Below are positions 55,040-64,000 of a stretch of DNA of 64,000 nt, one piece after another. Below the pieces are notes generated by a model. It saw nothing but the letters and a program-made list of their open reading frames with translations. It did no database searches and was not told the origin of the DNA. Source of the DNA: Candidatus Omnitrophota bacterium (GTDB taxonomy: Bacteria > Omnitrophota > 4484-213); assembly GCA_003645805.1 (NCBI GenBank), contig QNCL01000001.1:1582-65581 (forward strand), read 5' to 3'. Numbering within the stretch: the stretch's first letter is position 1; the number at the start of each line of letters is the position of its first letter. The translations under genes were made by a program, and so were the position numbers.

Positions 55040-55815
55040 TATTTGATACCCATACCCATCTGCACTTCTCTGATTATGATGAAGACAGAGAAGAGGTGAT
55101 AGAAAGAGCGAGAAAGGAAGGAGTTGGGGCATTGATAGAGGTGGGAGTAGATTTAGAGGATAGTAGAAAAGCAATAGAGTTAGCCCAAAGATATGAATTT
55201 ATATATACTGCAATAGGCGTTCACCCTCATTATGCCGATAAGGCAGAGATTGAGAAATTTGAGGCTTTGGCTGAAGAGAAGAAGGTAGTGGCTATTGGTG
55301 AGGTAGGGATAGATTACTTCCGTAGCCCTGTTCCTAAATCTGTGCAGCAGAGGGTATTTCGCCAATTCATTCGCTTAGCCAAAAAACATAACCTTCCTGT
55401 GATTGTGCATAGTCGTTCCGAGGAGAAGGAAGGCAAGGGAGCAAAAAACGCTTATCTGGATGCCCTCAAGATCTTAAAGGAAGAGAAGGTAGAGAAGGGA
55501 GTGTTTCATTGCTTCTGTGCAGATAGAGAGGTGGCAAAAGAGGTACTGGAAACGGGATTCTTTCTCTCTTTCACCGGAAATCTCACCTATCCCAATGCTC
55601 AAACAATAAGAGATACCCTCAAATTTACTCCTCTGGAGAGGATGCTTCTGGAGACCGATTGCCCTTTTCTTCCTCCTCAGGAGAAGAGAGGAAAAAGGAA
55701 TGAACCCGCTTATCTAAGATATGTCCTCTATAGATTAGCAGAGATAAAAGAAATTTCTTTAGCAGATATAGAGAAGATAACTACAAGAAATGCTCAAAGA
55801 TTGTTCGGTGTTTGA
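55036..55815 (+). CDS. tatD: TatD family hydrolase
   Basis: DTHTHL, GVHP, IGEVGIDY, HSR, HC, ETDCP. Confidence 0.93.
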   Translation: MIFDTHTHLHFSDYDEDREEVIERARKEGVGALIEVGVDLEDSRKAIELAQRYEFIYTAIGVHPHYADKAEIEKFEALAEEKKVVAIGEVGIDYFRSPVPKSVQQRVFRQFIRLAKKHNLPVIVHSRSEEKEGKGAKNAYLDALKILKEEKVEKGVFHCFCADREVAKEVLETGFFLSFTGNLTYPNAQTIRDTLKFTPLERMLLETDCPFLPPQEKRGKRNEPAYLRYVLYRLAEIKEISLADIEKITTRNAQRLFGV

Positions 55816-55844
55816 ACTCCCGCAGGAGGTCTTCTCTTTTTGAA

Positions 55845-57512
55845 ATGGATTTCAGAGAAACCCTTTTGTCTTTAGTAGAAAAGGTAGTGAAAGAAAACTT
55901 CTCGGTGCAGGTTTCTATCTCCCTACAGAAGCCCCCCAAGAAGGAGTTTGGAGATTTCTCTACAAATATAGCGATGCAAATTGCTTCCCTTAGAAAAGAA
56001 GAGCCTCAGGAGGTAGGTAGAGAGATTATCCACAAACTAAAGCAGAGAATAAGAGAAGATGAGCAGATAAAAGATAAGGTCAAGGAGATAAAACTTGCCC
56101 CTCCCGGATTTATCAATTTCTTTCTTCATCAAGATTCGCTCTTGGATGTCTTAGAGGAGATTAAGCGAGAAGGGAAAGATTATGGAAGTTCAAAAGCAAA
56201 AAAGGGAAAGAAGATAAATATTGAGTTTGTAAGCGCAAACCCTACCGGACCTCTTACCATTGCTCATGGAAGACAGGCTGCCTTTGGAGATGCTCTGGCA
56301 AATATCTTAAAAGAGCAAGGATATGAGGTGTTCCGAGAGTATTATGTAAACGATGAAGGAACCCAGATAGATTTGTTGGGAGAGTCTGTGCGGGCTTGCT
56401 ATCTTCACCTTTTAGGAGAGAAGGCAAGTTTTTCAGAAGAAGGGTATAAAGGAGATTATATCAAGGCAATTGCTCAACAGATTTTTGCTCAAGAAGGAAA
56501 AAGTAAGAAGGAAGAGGATAAGGATTTCTTTGCGCGGTTTGCTTTAGATTCTATTTTGCAAGAGATAAAAGATGACCTGAAAAGGTTTGGAGTAAATTTT
56601 GATCTCTACTTCAGCCAAAGGAGTTTAACCAGAGAGAAGATAGAAAAAGCAATAGAGACTCTGGATAAAAAAGGGTACATTCTCCGTAAAGAAGGAGCGA
56701 TCTTCTTTAAATCCAAAGAATTTGGAGATGATAAAGACCGTGTTCTGGTAAGGAGTGATGGAAGGATTACCTACTTCGGTTGGGATATTGCTTATCATCA
56801 AGATAAATACTCCCGGGGATTTGCTAAACTTATCAATCTCTGGGGTCCTGACCATCACGGTTATCTGAAGCGATTGAAAGGAGCGATTGAAGCCCTTGGT
56901 TATCCTAAAGAAACTCTTTCCATTATTATTGTCCAGTTAGTAAGTTTGTATCGCGGAAAGGATAAAATACCCATCTCCACACGGGCAGGAAAGTTCATCA
57001 CTCTCCGTCAGGTGATAGAGGAAATTGGTAAGGATGCAACACGCTTTTTCTTTCTCAGTCGGCGGAGTGACTCCCATCTTGATTTTGATCTGCAATTGGC
57101 AAAGAAAAAAAGTTTAGAAAATCCTGTTTACTATATCCAATATGCCTATGCACGCATTTGCAATATCTTAGAGTTTGCAAAGAAGGAGTATAAACAGATA
57201 AACATTTCTTCCATTTCCCTTAAAGATAAGGAATCCTCTCTCCTAAACAAAAAAGAAGAGATAGAACTGATAAAAAAACTTTCTGAGTTTCCCTCTATAT
57301 TATCCCTATGTGCCCAAAAACTGGAAGTGCATCCCCTTACTACTTACCTCTATGAACTCTCTTCCTTACTTCACAGTTTCTACAACCAACATCGGGTGGT
57401 TACAGAAAATAGAGAGATTACCTATGCGCGCTTGCTCCTGGTCTATTGCACAAAACTGGTGATAGAGAAAGGATTGGGAGTGCTGGGAATCTCTGCTCCT
57501 ACCAGGATGTGA
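55845..57512 (+). CDS. argS: arginine--tRNA ligase
   Basis: FGDFSTN, GFINF, EFVSANPTGP, EYYVND, NPVYYIQYA.ARI, C-terminal P.RM. Confidence 0.96.
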   Translation: MDFRETLLSLVEKVVKENFSVQVSISLQKPPKKEFGDFSTNIAMQIASLRKEEPQEVGREIIHKLKQRIREDEQIKDKVKEIKLAPPGFINFFLHQDSLLDVLEEIKREGKDYGSSKAKKGKKINIEFVSANPTGPLTIAHGRQAAFGDALANILKEQGYEVFREYYVNDEGTQIDLLGESVRACYLHLLGEKASFSEEGYKGDYIKAIAQQIFAQEGKSKKEEDKDFFARFALDSILQEIKDDLKRFGVNFDLYFSQRSLTREKIEKAIETLDKKGYILRKEGAIFFKSKEFGDDKDRVLVRSDGRITYFGWDIAYHQDKYSRGFAKLINLWGPDHHGYLKRLKGAIEALGYPKETLSIIIVQLVSLYRGKDKIPISTRAGKFITLRQVIEEIGKDATRFFFLSRRSDSHLDFDLQLAKKKSLENPVYYIQYAYARICNILEFAKKEYKQINISSISLKDKESSLLNKKEEIELIKKLSEFPSILSLCAQKLEVHPLTTYLYELSSLLHSFYNQHRVVTENREITYARLLLVYCTKLVIEKGLGVLGISAPTRM

Positions 57513-57544
57513 AAAATAAAAAATATTCTCCCTCCGGGAGAATA
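57512..57544 (-). terminator. intrinsic terminator-like hairpin with U tract on the minus strand
   Basis: Perfect 9-bp stem TATTCTCCC/GGGAGAATA (57524-57544), 3-nt loop; A-run 57512-57523 reads as a U tract on the - strand. Confidence 0.5.
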
Positions 57545-57614
57545 AAAAGATAACATCTATTATTGGAAGCATAAGAAGCCTTATCCAGAATGCGGTAAGC
57601 GTTGGAAATGGAAT

Positions 57615-58016
57615 ATGGAACTTATAATTTCTCCTTGGAAAAATAAATTCATTGAAGTTGTAAGTAAAACAAAAAGAGAGCTGTTTATTTCTTCTCCCTT
57701 TATAGATGTAGACGCAGTGAAACTGCTTTCAAATTTAATTCAGAAAAGAAGTTCAATAGAGTTGTTCCTTATCACAAATTTAACAACGCACACTATAGTG
57801 AATAAAATTACTGATCCCCAGGCATTAATAGAATTGTATAAACAATTTAATAAGGTTAAAATCTCAAGCCTTGGAAGATTGCATGCAAAGGTGTATTTGA
57901 TAGATAGCGAGTTCGGAATAATCACTTCAGCAAATCTTACAATTGGCGGTTTAGTTAATAACTTCGAATATGGAGTCTTAATAAGCAATAGAAGTGTTAT
58001 CCGGAGCGTAAAATAG
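57615..58016 (+). CDS. phospholipase D-family (single HKD) nuclease-like domain protein, possibly truncated
   Basis: ISSPFI, LHAKVYLID (HxKxxxxD), TSANLT..G...N.E; AT-rich sequence. Confidence 0.8.
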   Translation: MELIISPWKNKFIEVVSKTKRELFISSPFIDVDAVKLLSNLIQKRSSIELFLITNLTTHTIVNKITDPQALIELYKQFNKVKISSLGRLHAKVYLIDSEFGIITSANLTIGGLVNNFEYGVLISNRSVIRSVK

Positions 58017-58091
58017 GTAACCATCAATAAGAAAAACTACGAATTCTTTTAATTTTGAATTACTAAAAATAGGATAAAAGGAGGAGGAACC

Positions 58092-58376
58092 ATGAGAAAG
58101 GACCATGAGAAAAGGAGAAAAAACACCAATGCAATCTTCTCTAAGACAATTCTTGACTTATTAAAAGAGCGAGGGCCCTTAAGCACAGAACAAATTCATC
58201 CCTTGATTCAAGCAATACATCCCGATATTTGCGATGATAGTATTGATAGAGTGATTGATGGCCAGCATTTTGGCAAGAAATGGAAACATTTAGTTAGAGG
58301 TGCTCAGCAATCTTTGAAAAGGAGAGGATTAATATTCTTAAAGAATAATAAATGGCATCTCGTAGGCAACAACTAA
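58092..58376 (+). CDS. putative winged-helix DNA-binding domain protein
   Basis: ILDLLKERGPLSTEQIH...KWKHLVRGAQQSLKRRGLI...W pattern; strong SD AAGGAGGAGG. Confidence 0.55.
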   Translation: MRKDHEKRRKNTNAIFSKTILDLLKERGPLSTEQIHPLIQAIHPDICDDSIDRVIDGQHFGKKWKHLVRGAQQSLKRRGLIFLKNNKWHLVGNN

Positions 58377-58500
58377 AAATCATAAAGAGAAAAACCTAAT
58401 GAGCAAAAACATCCTTTAGAAAAAACTCTCGCAAAGTAAGATTTCTATTTTGCAAAAAACCTGACATTTTTATTTTGGATTAACAAAACAAGTACAAAAA

Positions 58501-58529
58501 TTGACATCCTGGGGAGAAAATGTTATACT
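58501..58529 (+). promoter_or_regulatory. sigma70 promoter of leuA
   Basis: TTGACA - 17 bp - TATACT with extended -10 TG. Confidence 0.8.
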
Positions 58530-58564
58530 ATTCCCTTAGTGAAATTAAAGAAAGGTAAGGAGAG

Positions 58565-60091
58565 ATGAGAAGAATTTTGATATTTGATACTACATTAAGA
58601 GATGGAGAGCAGTCTCCGGGAGCAAGTCTAACCCCTGAGCAGAAATTAATTATTGCAGAACACCTGGAAAGGCTTAATGTGGATATAATTGAGGCGGGTT
58701 ATCCTGCTTCCTCTCCCGGTGAGATAGAAGCCATAAAAGAGATAAGTAAGCATATCAAAAAGCCCATAATTGCTGCTTTAGCGCGCACGCTTAAAACAGA
58801 TATAGATGCTTGCCTAAAGTCTTTAGAGAAGACAAGAAGAGCGCGCATACATATCTTCTGTGCAACCTCAGAGATTCATCTGAAATACAAACTAAAGAAA
58901 GCAAAGAAAGAGATATTAAAACTCACTGCGGAAAGTATAAGGTATGCCAAGCAGTTTATAGAAGATATTGAATTCTCTCCTGAGGATGCTACACGGACAG
59001 AATTTGATTTTTTGGTTGAGGTAGTTAAACTGGCTATAGAGGCAGGAGCCACAACCATCAACATTCCTGATACTGTAGGATGCAGTTTTCCTTCCCAGTT
59101 TGGCAGGTTAATCTCTAACCTTCGAGAGTCTGTAAACCTCTCAGATGTGCATCTAAGCGTCCACTGCCATAATGATCTCGGGATGGCAGTGGCTAATTCT
59201 CTGACCGCTATCGAGAAGGGAGCAGATCAGGTAGAGTGCACCATCAATGGCATTGGAGAACGAGCAGGGAATGCCTCTTTAGAGGAGATTGTGATGAATA
59301 TAAAACTGCATCCTGAAATCTTCAAGGGAGAAACGAGGATAAAGACCGAGGAGTTGTATAAAATCAGTCGACTGGTGAGCCATTTAACAGGCATCCCTGT
59401 TCAACCTAATAAGGCAATTGTAGGAAGTAATGCCTTTGCTCACGAAGCAGGCATTCATCAAGATGGAATACTGAAAAAAAGAACTACTTATGAGATAATT
59501 AACCCTACAGATGTAGGAGTAAAAGAAACGCGTTTGGTTCTGGGAAAACACTCGGGCAGACACGCCTTAGAGGAGCATTTGAAAAAGATGGGTTATCACC
59601 TCAGAAAAGAAGAGTTGGAAAATCTGTTCTTGAAGTTTAAGGAGATCGCCGATAAGAAGAAAGAGATCTTTGATGAGGATCTGGAGATTCTTCTTGAAGA
59701 GATCAAAGGCAGAGTTCCGCAGGTCTATAAACTGGATTATATTCATATCACCAGCGGAAATACTACTGTTCCTACAGCAACAGTAAGGTTAAAAAAAGGC
59801 AAGCAACTCCTTCAAGATTCTGCTTGTGGAGATGGCCCTGTAGATGCTTGCTATAAAGCAATAGAGAGAATTACAGGGGTAAGAGGCAAATTGCTAAATT
59901 ATTCTCTCCAAGCAATTACCTCAGGAAAGGACGCTGTAGGAGAGGTAAGTATCAAGGTAAAGTTTAAGGATAGGATAATCACCGCCCGAGGAGCAAGCAC
60001 GGATATCGTTGAAGGAAGTGCTAAGGCTTATTTAGAGGCGGTGAACAAGATGATTTACAAACTTAAAGAGAAAGGGAAATCCTCGCCTTAG
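58565..60091 (+). CDS. leuA: 2-isopropylmalate synthase
   Basis: DTTLRDGEQ, HCHNDLG, GERAGN, HEAGIHQDG, LGKHSG, GDGPVDA regulatory domain. Confidence 0.95.
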   Translation: MRRILIFDTTLRDGEQSPGASLTPEQKLIIAEHLERLNVDIIEAGYPASSPGEIEAIKEISKHIKKPIIAALARTLKTDIDACLKSLEKTRRARIHIFCATSEIHLKYKLKKAKKEILKLTAESIRYAKQFIEDIEFSPEDATRTEFDFLVEVVKLAIEAGATTINIPDTVGCSFPSQFGRLISNLRESVNLSDVHLSVHCHNDLGMAVANSLTAIEKGADQVECTINGIGERAGNASLEEIVMNIKLHPEIFKGETRIKTEELYKISRLVSHLTGIPVQPNKAIVGSNAFAHEAGIHQDGILKKRTTYEIINPTDVGVKETRLVLGKHSGRHALEEHLKKMGYHLRKEELENLFLKFKEIADKKKEIFDEDLEILLEEIKGRVPQVYKLDYIHITSGNTTVPTATVRLKKGKQLLQDSACGDGPVDACYKAIERITGVRGKLLNYSLQAITSGKDAVGEVSIKVKFKDRIITARGASTDIVEGSAKAYLEAVNKMIYKLKEKGKSSP

Positions 60092-60105
60092 TTTTTTGGA
60101 GTAGA

Positions 60106-60957
60106 TTGTCTAAGTTTGAGATGCTCACCTCCAAAACAAAGATATATGGGCTCTTAGGCTATCCAGTGAAACATAGCCTTTCTCCTCTAATCCATAACTC
60201 TGCCTTTACATATTTAGGAATAGATGCTTGCTATCTCTGCTTCGAGACCCTACCTGAGTATATAAAAGAAGCCATTGAAGGAATAAGGGCACTGAAGATT
60301 GAAGGAGTAAATTTAACCATTCCCCATAAAGAAAGGTGTCTTGCTTATTTAGATGAGATAGAGCCTTTGGCAAAAGAGATCGGGGCAGTAAACACCATTG
60401 TAAGGGAAGGAGAGAGGTTAGTTGGATATAATACAGATGCCCAAGGATTCTTAAGAGCCTTGCAAGAGTTAAACTTTGATGCAAAAGAGAAGACCATCTT
60501 TCTTCTGGGAGCAGGGGGAGCAGGAAAAGCAGTAGGGATAACTCTGGCAAAGGCAGGAGCAAAGTGTATCTTTATTGTAGACAAAGAAAGAAAAAAAGCA
60601 GAAGAATTAGAGGAAAGAATAAAAAGGCTCAGTCCTTCTACGAGAGTAGAGGTGAGTTCGGTAGAAGAGAAAGAGAAGATTCTTAACGCAAATCTTTTAG
60701 TAAATGCCACTCCCTTGGGAATGAATCCCCAAGACCCTTTACCAGTATCTCCTGATAGTCTATCTCCCTCTGTGTGGGTATTTGATCTTATCTATTCTCC
60801 CCCGGAGACCAAACTTCTCCATTTAGCCCGCAAGAGAGGAATAAAAGCAGAGAATGGATTGGGAATGTTAATTCACCAGGCAGGGCTCTCCTTCCAGTTA
60901 TGGACAGGAAAACAAGCACCTTTACAGGTAATGAGAGAAAGCATCAATAAAAAATGA
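60106..60957 (+). CDS. aroE: shikimate dehydrogenase
   Basis: HSLSP, NLTIPHK, GAVNT, NTD, GAGGA, NATP.GM, GMLIHQ. Confidence 0.95.
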   Translation: MSKFEMLTSKTKIYGLLGYPVKHSLSPLIHNSAFTYLGIDACYLCFETLPEYIKEAIEGIRALKIEGVNLTIPHKERCLAYLDEIEPLAKEIGAVNTIVREGERLVGYNTDAQGFLRALQELNFDAKEKTIFLLGAGGAGKAVGITLAKAGAKCIFIVDKERKKAEELEERIKRLSPSTRVEVSSVEEKEKILNANLLVNATPLGMNPQDPLPVSPDSLSPSVWVFDLIYSPPETKLLHLARKRGIKAENGLGMLIHQAGLSFQLWTGKQAPLQVMRESINKK

Positions 60958-62591
60958 ACTCTTTGCTTATTGCTGTAGGCTCTCTAATCATCTTCGCGCT
61001 GGCTTATCGCTTCTATGGCAATAGACTCAGTAGGCTTTGGGAAGTAAACCCCAACAACAGAACTCCTGCACACAGAAAAAACGATGGAGTAGATTTTGTT
61101 CCTGCCCGCCACTGGTCAATTTTGTTTGGACATCATTTCTCTTCCATCGCAGGAGCAGGTCCGATTATCGGACCGGTGATTGCCTGCGCCCTTTTTGGCT
61201 GGTTTCCTGCCCTGCTTTGGATTATATTAGGCTCTATTTTTCTAGGAGGGGTGCATGATTTCTCGGCTTTGATGGCTTCATTGAGAGAGGAAGGAGGTTC
61301 CATTGCTCAGATTTCCAAAACCACCCTTGGGTATGCGGTAAAGATAGTGTTTGCCATCTTTCTCTTTCTTAGCCTTGTTTTGGTAATTGCTGTATTTGCT
61401 GCGGTGGGAGGAAAAACATTAGCAGTTGAACCTCGAGTAGTTCTGCCTACCTTTGGCTTGATTTTGGTTGCTTTTTTGATAGGGATTATGCTCTATCGCT
61501 GGCATATCAATCAGGTAGTTTGCACCTTACTGGGAGTAACCCTGCTCTTCACTTTAATTCTCCTTGGGTATTATTTTCCTATAACGATAGGACCAAAAGC
61601 CCAGACTATCTGGACGATAGTGCTTTTAGTCTATGCCTTTATTGCCTCTGTGCTCCCTGTGAATCTACTTCTTCAACCTCGTGATTACCTGGCTACTTTT
61701 ATCCTCTTTTTTGGCTTATTTTTTGGGTATTTAGGAATCCTGCTTACCCATCCTAGTATGCATACCCCTGCCTTCCTCTCCTGGAGTTCTGAAAAGGGAA
61801 ATCTCTGGCCTATGCTTTTTGTTCTAATTGCTTGTGGAGCACTTTCGGGTTTTCATTCCTTGATAGCCTCCGGCACTACCTCCAAGCAGTTATCTAATGA
61901 GAAGGAGGCTCAAAGAATTGCTTATGGAGGAATGCTATTGGAAGGAGTACTTGCAGTGCTCGCTTTGATTGCAGTATGTGCAGGACTCTACTGGAATAAT
62001 CCCTCTTACTCCTCATTAATCTATCCACAATTGATTAAAGAGAAGGGCTGGATTGTTGCCTTTGGGAAGGGCTATGCAGAGATTACCAAACCTCTATTTG
62101 GAGGATTGGGAGTGTTGATTGCTGTTACTACCCTTAAAACATTTGTAATGACTACCTTAGACTCTGCTACGCGTATCTGTCGGTATATCGGAGAAGAACT
62201 CCTTCAGGAAACAAAAATATCCTGCAATCGCTATATAGTCTCTTTTCTAATAATTCTTCTGGCTACCTACTTAGCCTTAGGAAACTGGCGTTTGCTCTGG
62301 CCAGCCTTTGGTGCTTCTAACCAGTTGGTAGCCGCCTTGGTGCTTCTGGTAATTACTCTTTATCTAAAAAAGAGAAGAAGAAAGGTAATCTTTACCTTGC
62401 TTCCTTCAGGATTTATTTTTCTCACTACTTTATATGCACTTATCTATCAGGGGGGAGAATTCTTTAGAAATCGGGATTACCTCCTATTTAGTATAGACCT
62501 CCTCCTGTTTGTTCTTGCTTTGTTTGTTCTGGGAAGAGGATTAAAGATGTTAATTTCTACTAAAGAGAAGGAGGGGAGAGCAGATGCCTGA
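60954..62591 (+). CDS. cstA: carbon starvation protein A family transporter
   Basis: TPAH..DG.DFVP, GHHFSSIAGAGP, LLQPRDY, ACGALSGFHSL, FGASNQL. Confidence 0.93.
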   Translation: MNSLLIAVGSLIIFALAYRFYGNRLSRLWEVNPNNRTPAHRKNDGVDFVPARHWSILFGHHFSSIAGAGPIIGPVIACALFGWFPALLWIILGSIFLGGVHDFSALMASLREEGGSIAQISKTTLGYAVKIVFAIFLFLSLVLVIAVFAAVGGKTLAVEPRVVLPTFGLILVAFLIGIMLYRWHINQVVCTLLGVTLLFTLILLGYYFPITIGPKAQTIWTIVLLVYAFIASVLPVNLLLQPRDYLATFILFFGLFFGYLGILLTHPSMHTPAFLSWSSEKGNLWPMLFVLIACGALSGFHSLIASGTTSKQLSNEKEAQRIAYGGMLLEGVLAVLALIAVCAGLYWNNPSYSSLIYPQLIKEKGWIVAFGKGYAEITKPLFGGLGVLIAVTTLKTFVMTTLDSATRICRYIGEELLQETKISCNRYIVSFLIILLATYLALGNWRLLWPAFGASNQLVAALVLLVITLYLKKRRRKVIFTLLPSGFIFLTTLYALIYQGGEFFRNRDYLLFSIDLLLFVLALFVLGRGLKMLISTKEKEGRADA

Positions 62592-62868
62592 GGAGAAAGA
62601 AACGCAAAAGGAAAGCACGCAAATGAACTTTGCTCTGTTCATCTCCAGTCTGGGAATGCAGGCATTGATGCATTTAGGAGAAGTAGTTAATCCCTTAACC
62701 AACAAGAAAGAGACAGATTTGAAACAGGCAAAGCAGACTATCGACATTCTGGAAATCTTAGAGAAAAAGACAAAAGGGAATCTGGATAAAAAAGAGGAAC
62801 AGATATTAAGGGATATCTTATATGAAACAAGAATGAAATATATAGAGAAAGCAGGACAGCAAAAATAA
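62584..62868 (+). CDS. DUF1844 family protein
   Basis: F..FI.SL..QA..HLG...P, AKQTID.L..L..KTKGNL. Confidence 0.85.
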   Translation: MPEEKETQKESTQMNFALFISSLGMQALMHLGEVVNPLTNKKETDLKQAKQTIDILEILEKKTKGNLDKKEEQILRDILYETRMKYIEKAGQQK

Positions 62869-62911
62869 AGATATTTATTGCCCTTGCTCAGTCAAAGCAC
62901 TCTGTAAAACG

Positions 62912-64000
62912 ATGTTGACTCGCCAAGAATTAGAAGAAAGAGAGGAAAAATTGCTCGCGCCCTACGCGGCAAAGAGCAAGAGGACAAAGGGGCGTATTCA
63001 TCCCGAGGAAGAGCACCCTTTTCGCTCAGTCTATCAACGGGATAGAGATCGTATAATCCACTCCAATGCCTTTCGTAAATTGGAGTATAAAACTCAGGTG
63101 TTCCTTAACCATGAAGGGGACTATTACCGCACTCGCCTTACTCACACCCTTGAAGTTGCTCAAATTGCCGTTTCCATTGCGCGCACCCTTCGTCTAAACG
63201 AGGATCTGACAGAAGCAATCGCCTTAGCCCATGACATCGGGCATACTCCTTTTGGGCATGCAGGAGAGGAGGTTCTGCGAGAGTTGATGAAGGACTTTGG
63301 GGGCTTTGAGCATAACCAGCAAGGTTTGCGTGTGGTAGATCTTTTAGAGGAGAGATACCCTAACTTCAAAGGGCTAAATCTCACCTATGAAACACGCGAA
63401 GGAATTGCTAAACACAAAAGTTTTTTTGACCAGAAAGATATGAGAAATAAAGAGTTTGAACACTATCAGCCCTCTTTGGAAGCACAGGTGGTAGATTTAG
63501 CCGATGAGATTGCTTATGATAGCCATGATTTAGATGATGGAATCACTGCTGGGCTTATCAACGAAGAACAACTGCTTGATGTGGAGATCTGGAAGGAGGT
63601 TTATAAACCCTTGAGCAGGAAAGGGTTGAGCAGAGAGATGCTAAAATATCAAGCAGTAAGGTCGCTAATCAACCTAAGCACTATAGATCTGATAAAGGAG
63701 TCGGAAAAGAGGTTGGAGAGTATTGGAAGTTTGGAGGAGGTAAGAAAAAGCAAGCATAGGCTAATCTCCTTCAGCAAAGAAATGAGCGAGAAGCGAAAGG
63801 AACTTAAGAATTTCTTATCTAAGAATCTCTACTCCCATTATCGAGTAATGCGAATGATGATCAAAGCCCAGCGATTTATTAAACAACTCTTTCTGATATA
63901 CTCAGAGAAACCCCAACAACTCCCTCTCTCTTGCCAGGAGAAGATTGGTGAACAAGGACTGGAAAGGACAATTTGTGATTATATTGCTGGAATGACAGAC
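62912..64000 (+). CDS. dgt: dGTP triphosphohydrolase-like HD protein (3' truncated by window edge)
   Basis: Not in ORF track (no stop in window); translated from ATG 62912: QRDRDRIIHS.AFRKLEYKTQVF, RTRLTHTLEV, AHDIGHTPFGH, FEHN, DYIAGMTD. Confidence 0.93.
   Translation, partial: MLTRQELEEREEKLLAPYAAKSKRTKGRIHPEEEHPFRSVYQRDRDRIIHSNAFRKLEYKTQVFLNHEGDYYRTRLTHTLEVAQIAVSIARTLRLNEDLTEAIALAHDIGHTPFGHAGEEVLRELMKDFGGFEHNQQGLRVVDLLEERYPNFKGLNLTYETREGIAKHKSFFDQKDMRNKEFEHYQPSLEAQVVDLADEIAYDSHDLDDGITAGLINEEQLLDVEIWKEVYKPLSRKGLSREMLKYQAVRSLINLSTIDLIKESEKRLESIGSLEEVRKSKHRLISFSKEMSEKRKELKNFLSKNLYSHYRVMRMMIKAQRFIKQLFLIYSEKPQQLPLSCQEKIGEQGLERTICDYIAGMTD

Overview
A 64 kb, gene-dense stretch of core chromosome from a diderm bacterium (kdsD/kdsC and an LpxL-family acyltransferase are present). 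It has about 68 CDS and 3 tRNAs, all on the + strand, and many genes overlap or abut. Most content is housekeeping: aminoacyl-tRNA synthetases (gltX, cysS, trpS, metG, argS), dnaE/holB, ruvCAB, radA, rho, efp, EF-G2, accBC, ilvB/ilvN/ilvC/leuA, ispDF, eno, tmk, tsaEB, mtaB, rsmE and a partial dgt. Gene style (orphan Tad pseudopilins, membrane-anchored CysE, Glu/Lys-rich proteins) suggests an uncultured lineage such as Omnitrophota, possibly thermophilic; this is inference only. No transposase, integrase, prophage, rRNA or CRISPR array was seen. Most notable: (1) an intact 810-aa SMC with both ATPase halves but no hinge or zinc hook, with scpA/scpB 13 kb upstream; (2) three Tad-type pseudopilin genes, one carrying a 10-Cys/37-aa knob; (3) a thiol-redox module after tRNA-Leu (CGHC-Trx/CcdA fusion, exported tandem GILT-like protein, DJ-1 with two possible starts); (4) a small AT-rich PLD-nuclease plus winged-helix islet; (5) non-canonical tRNA-Cys and initiator tRNA. 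All calls come from motif recognition by eye; no searches were run.
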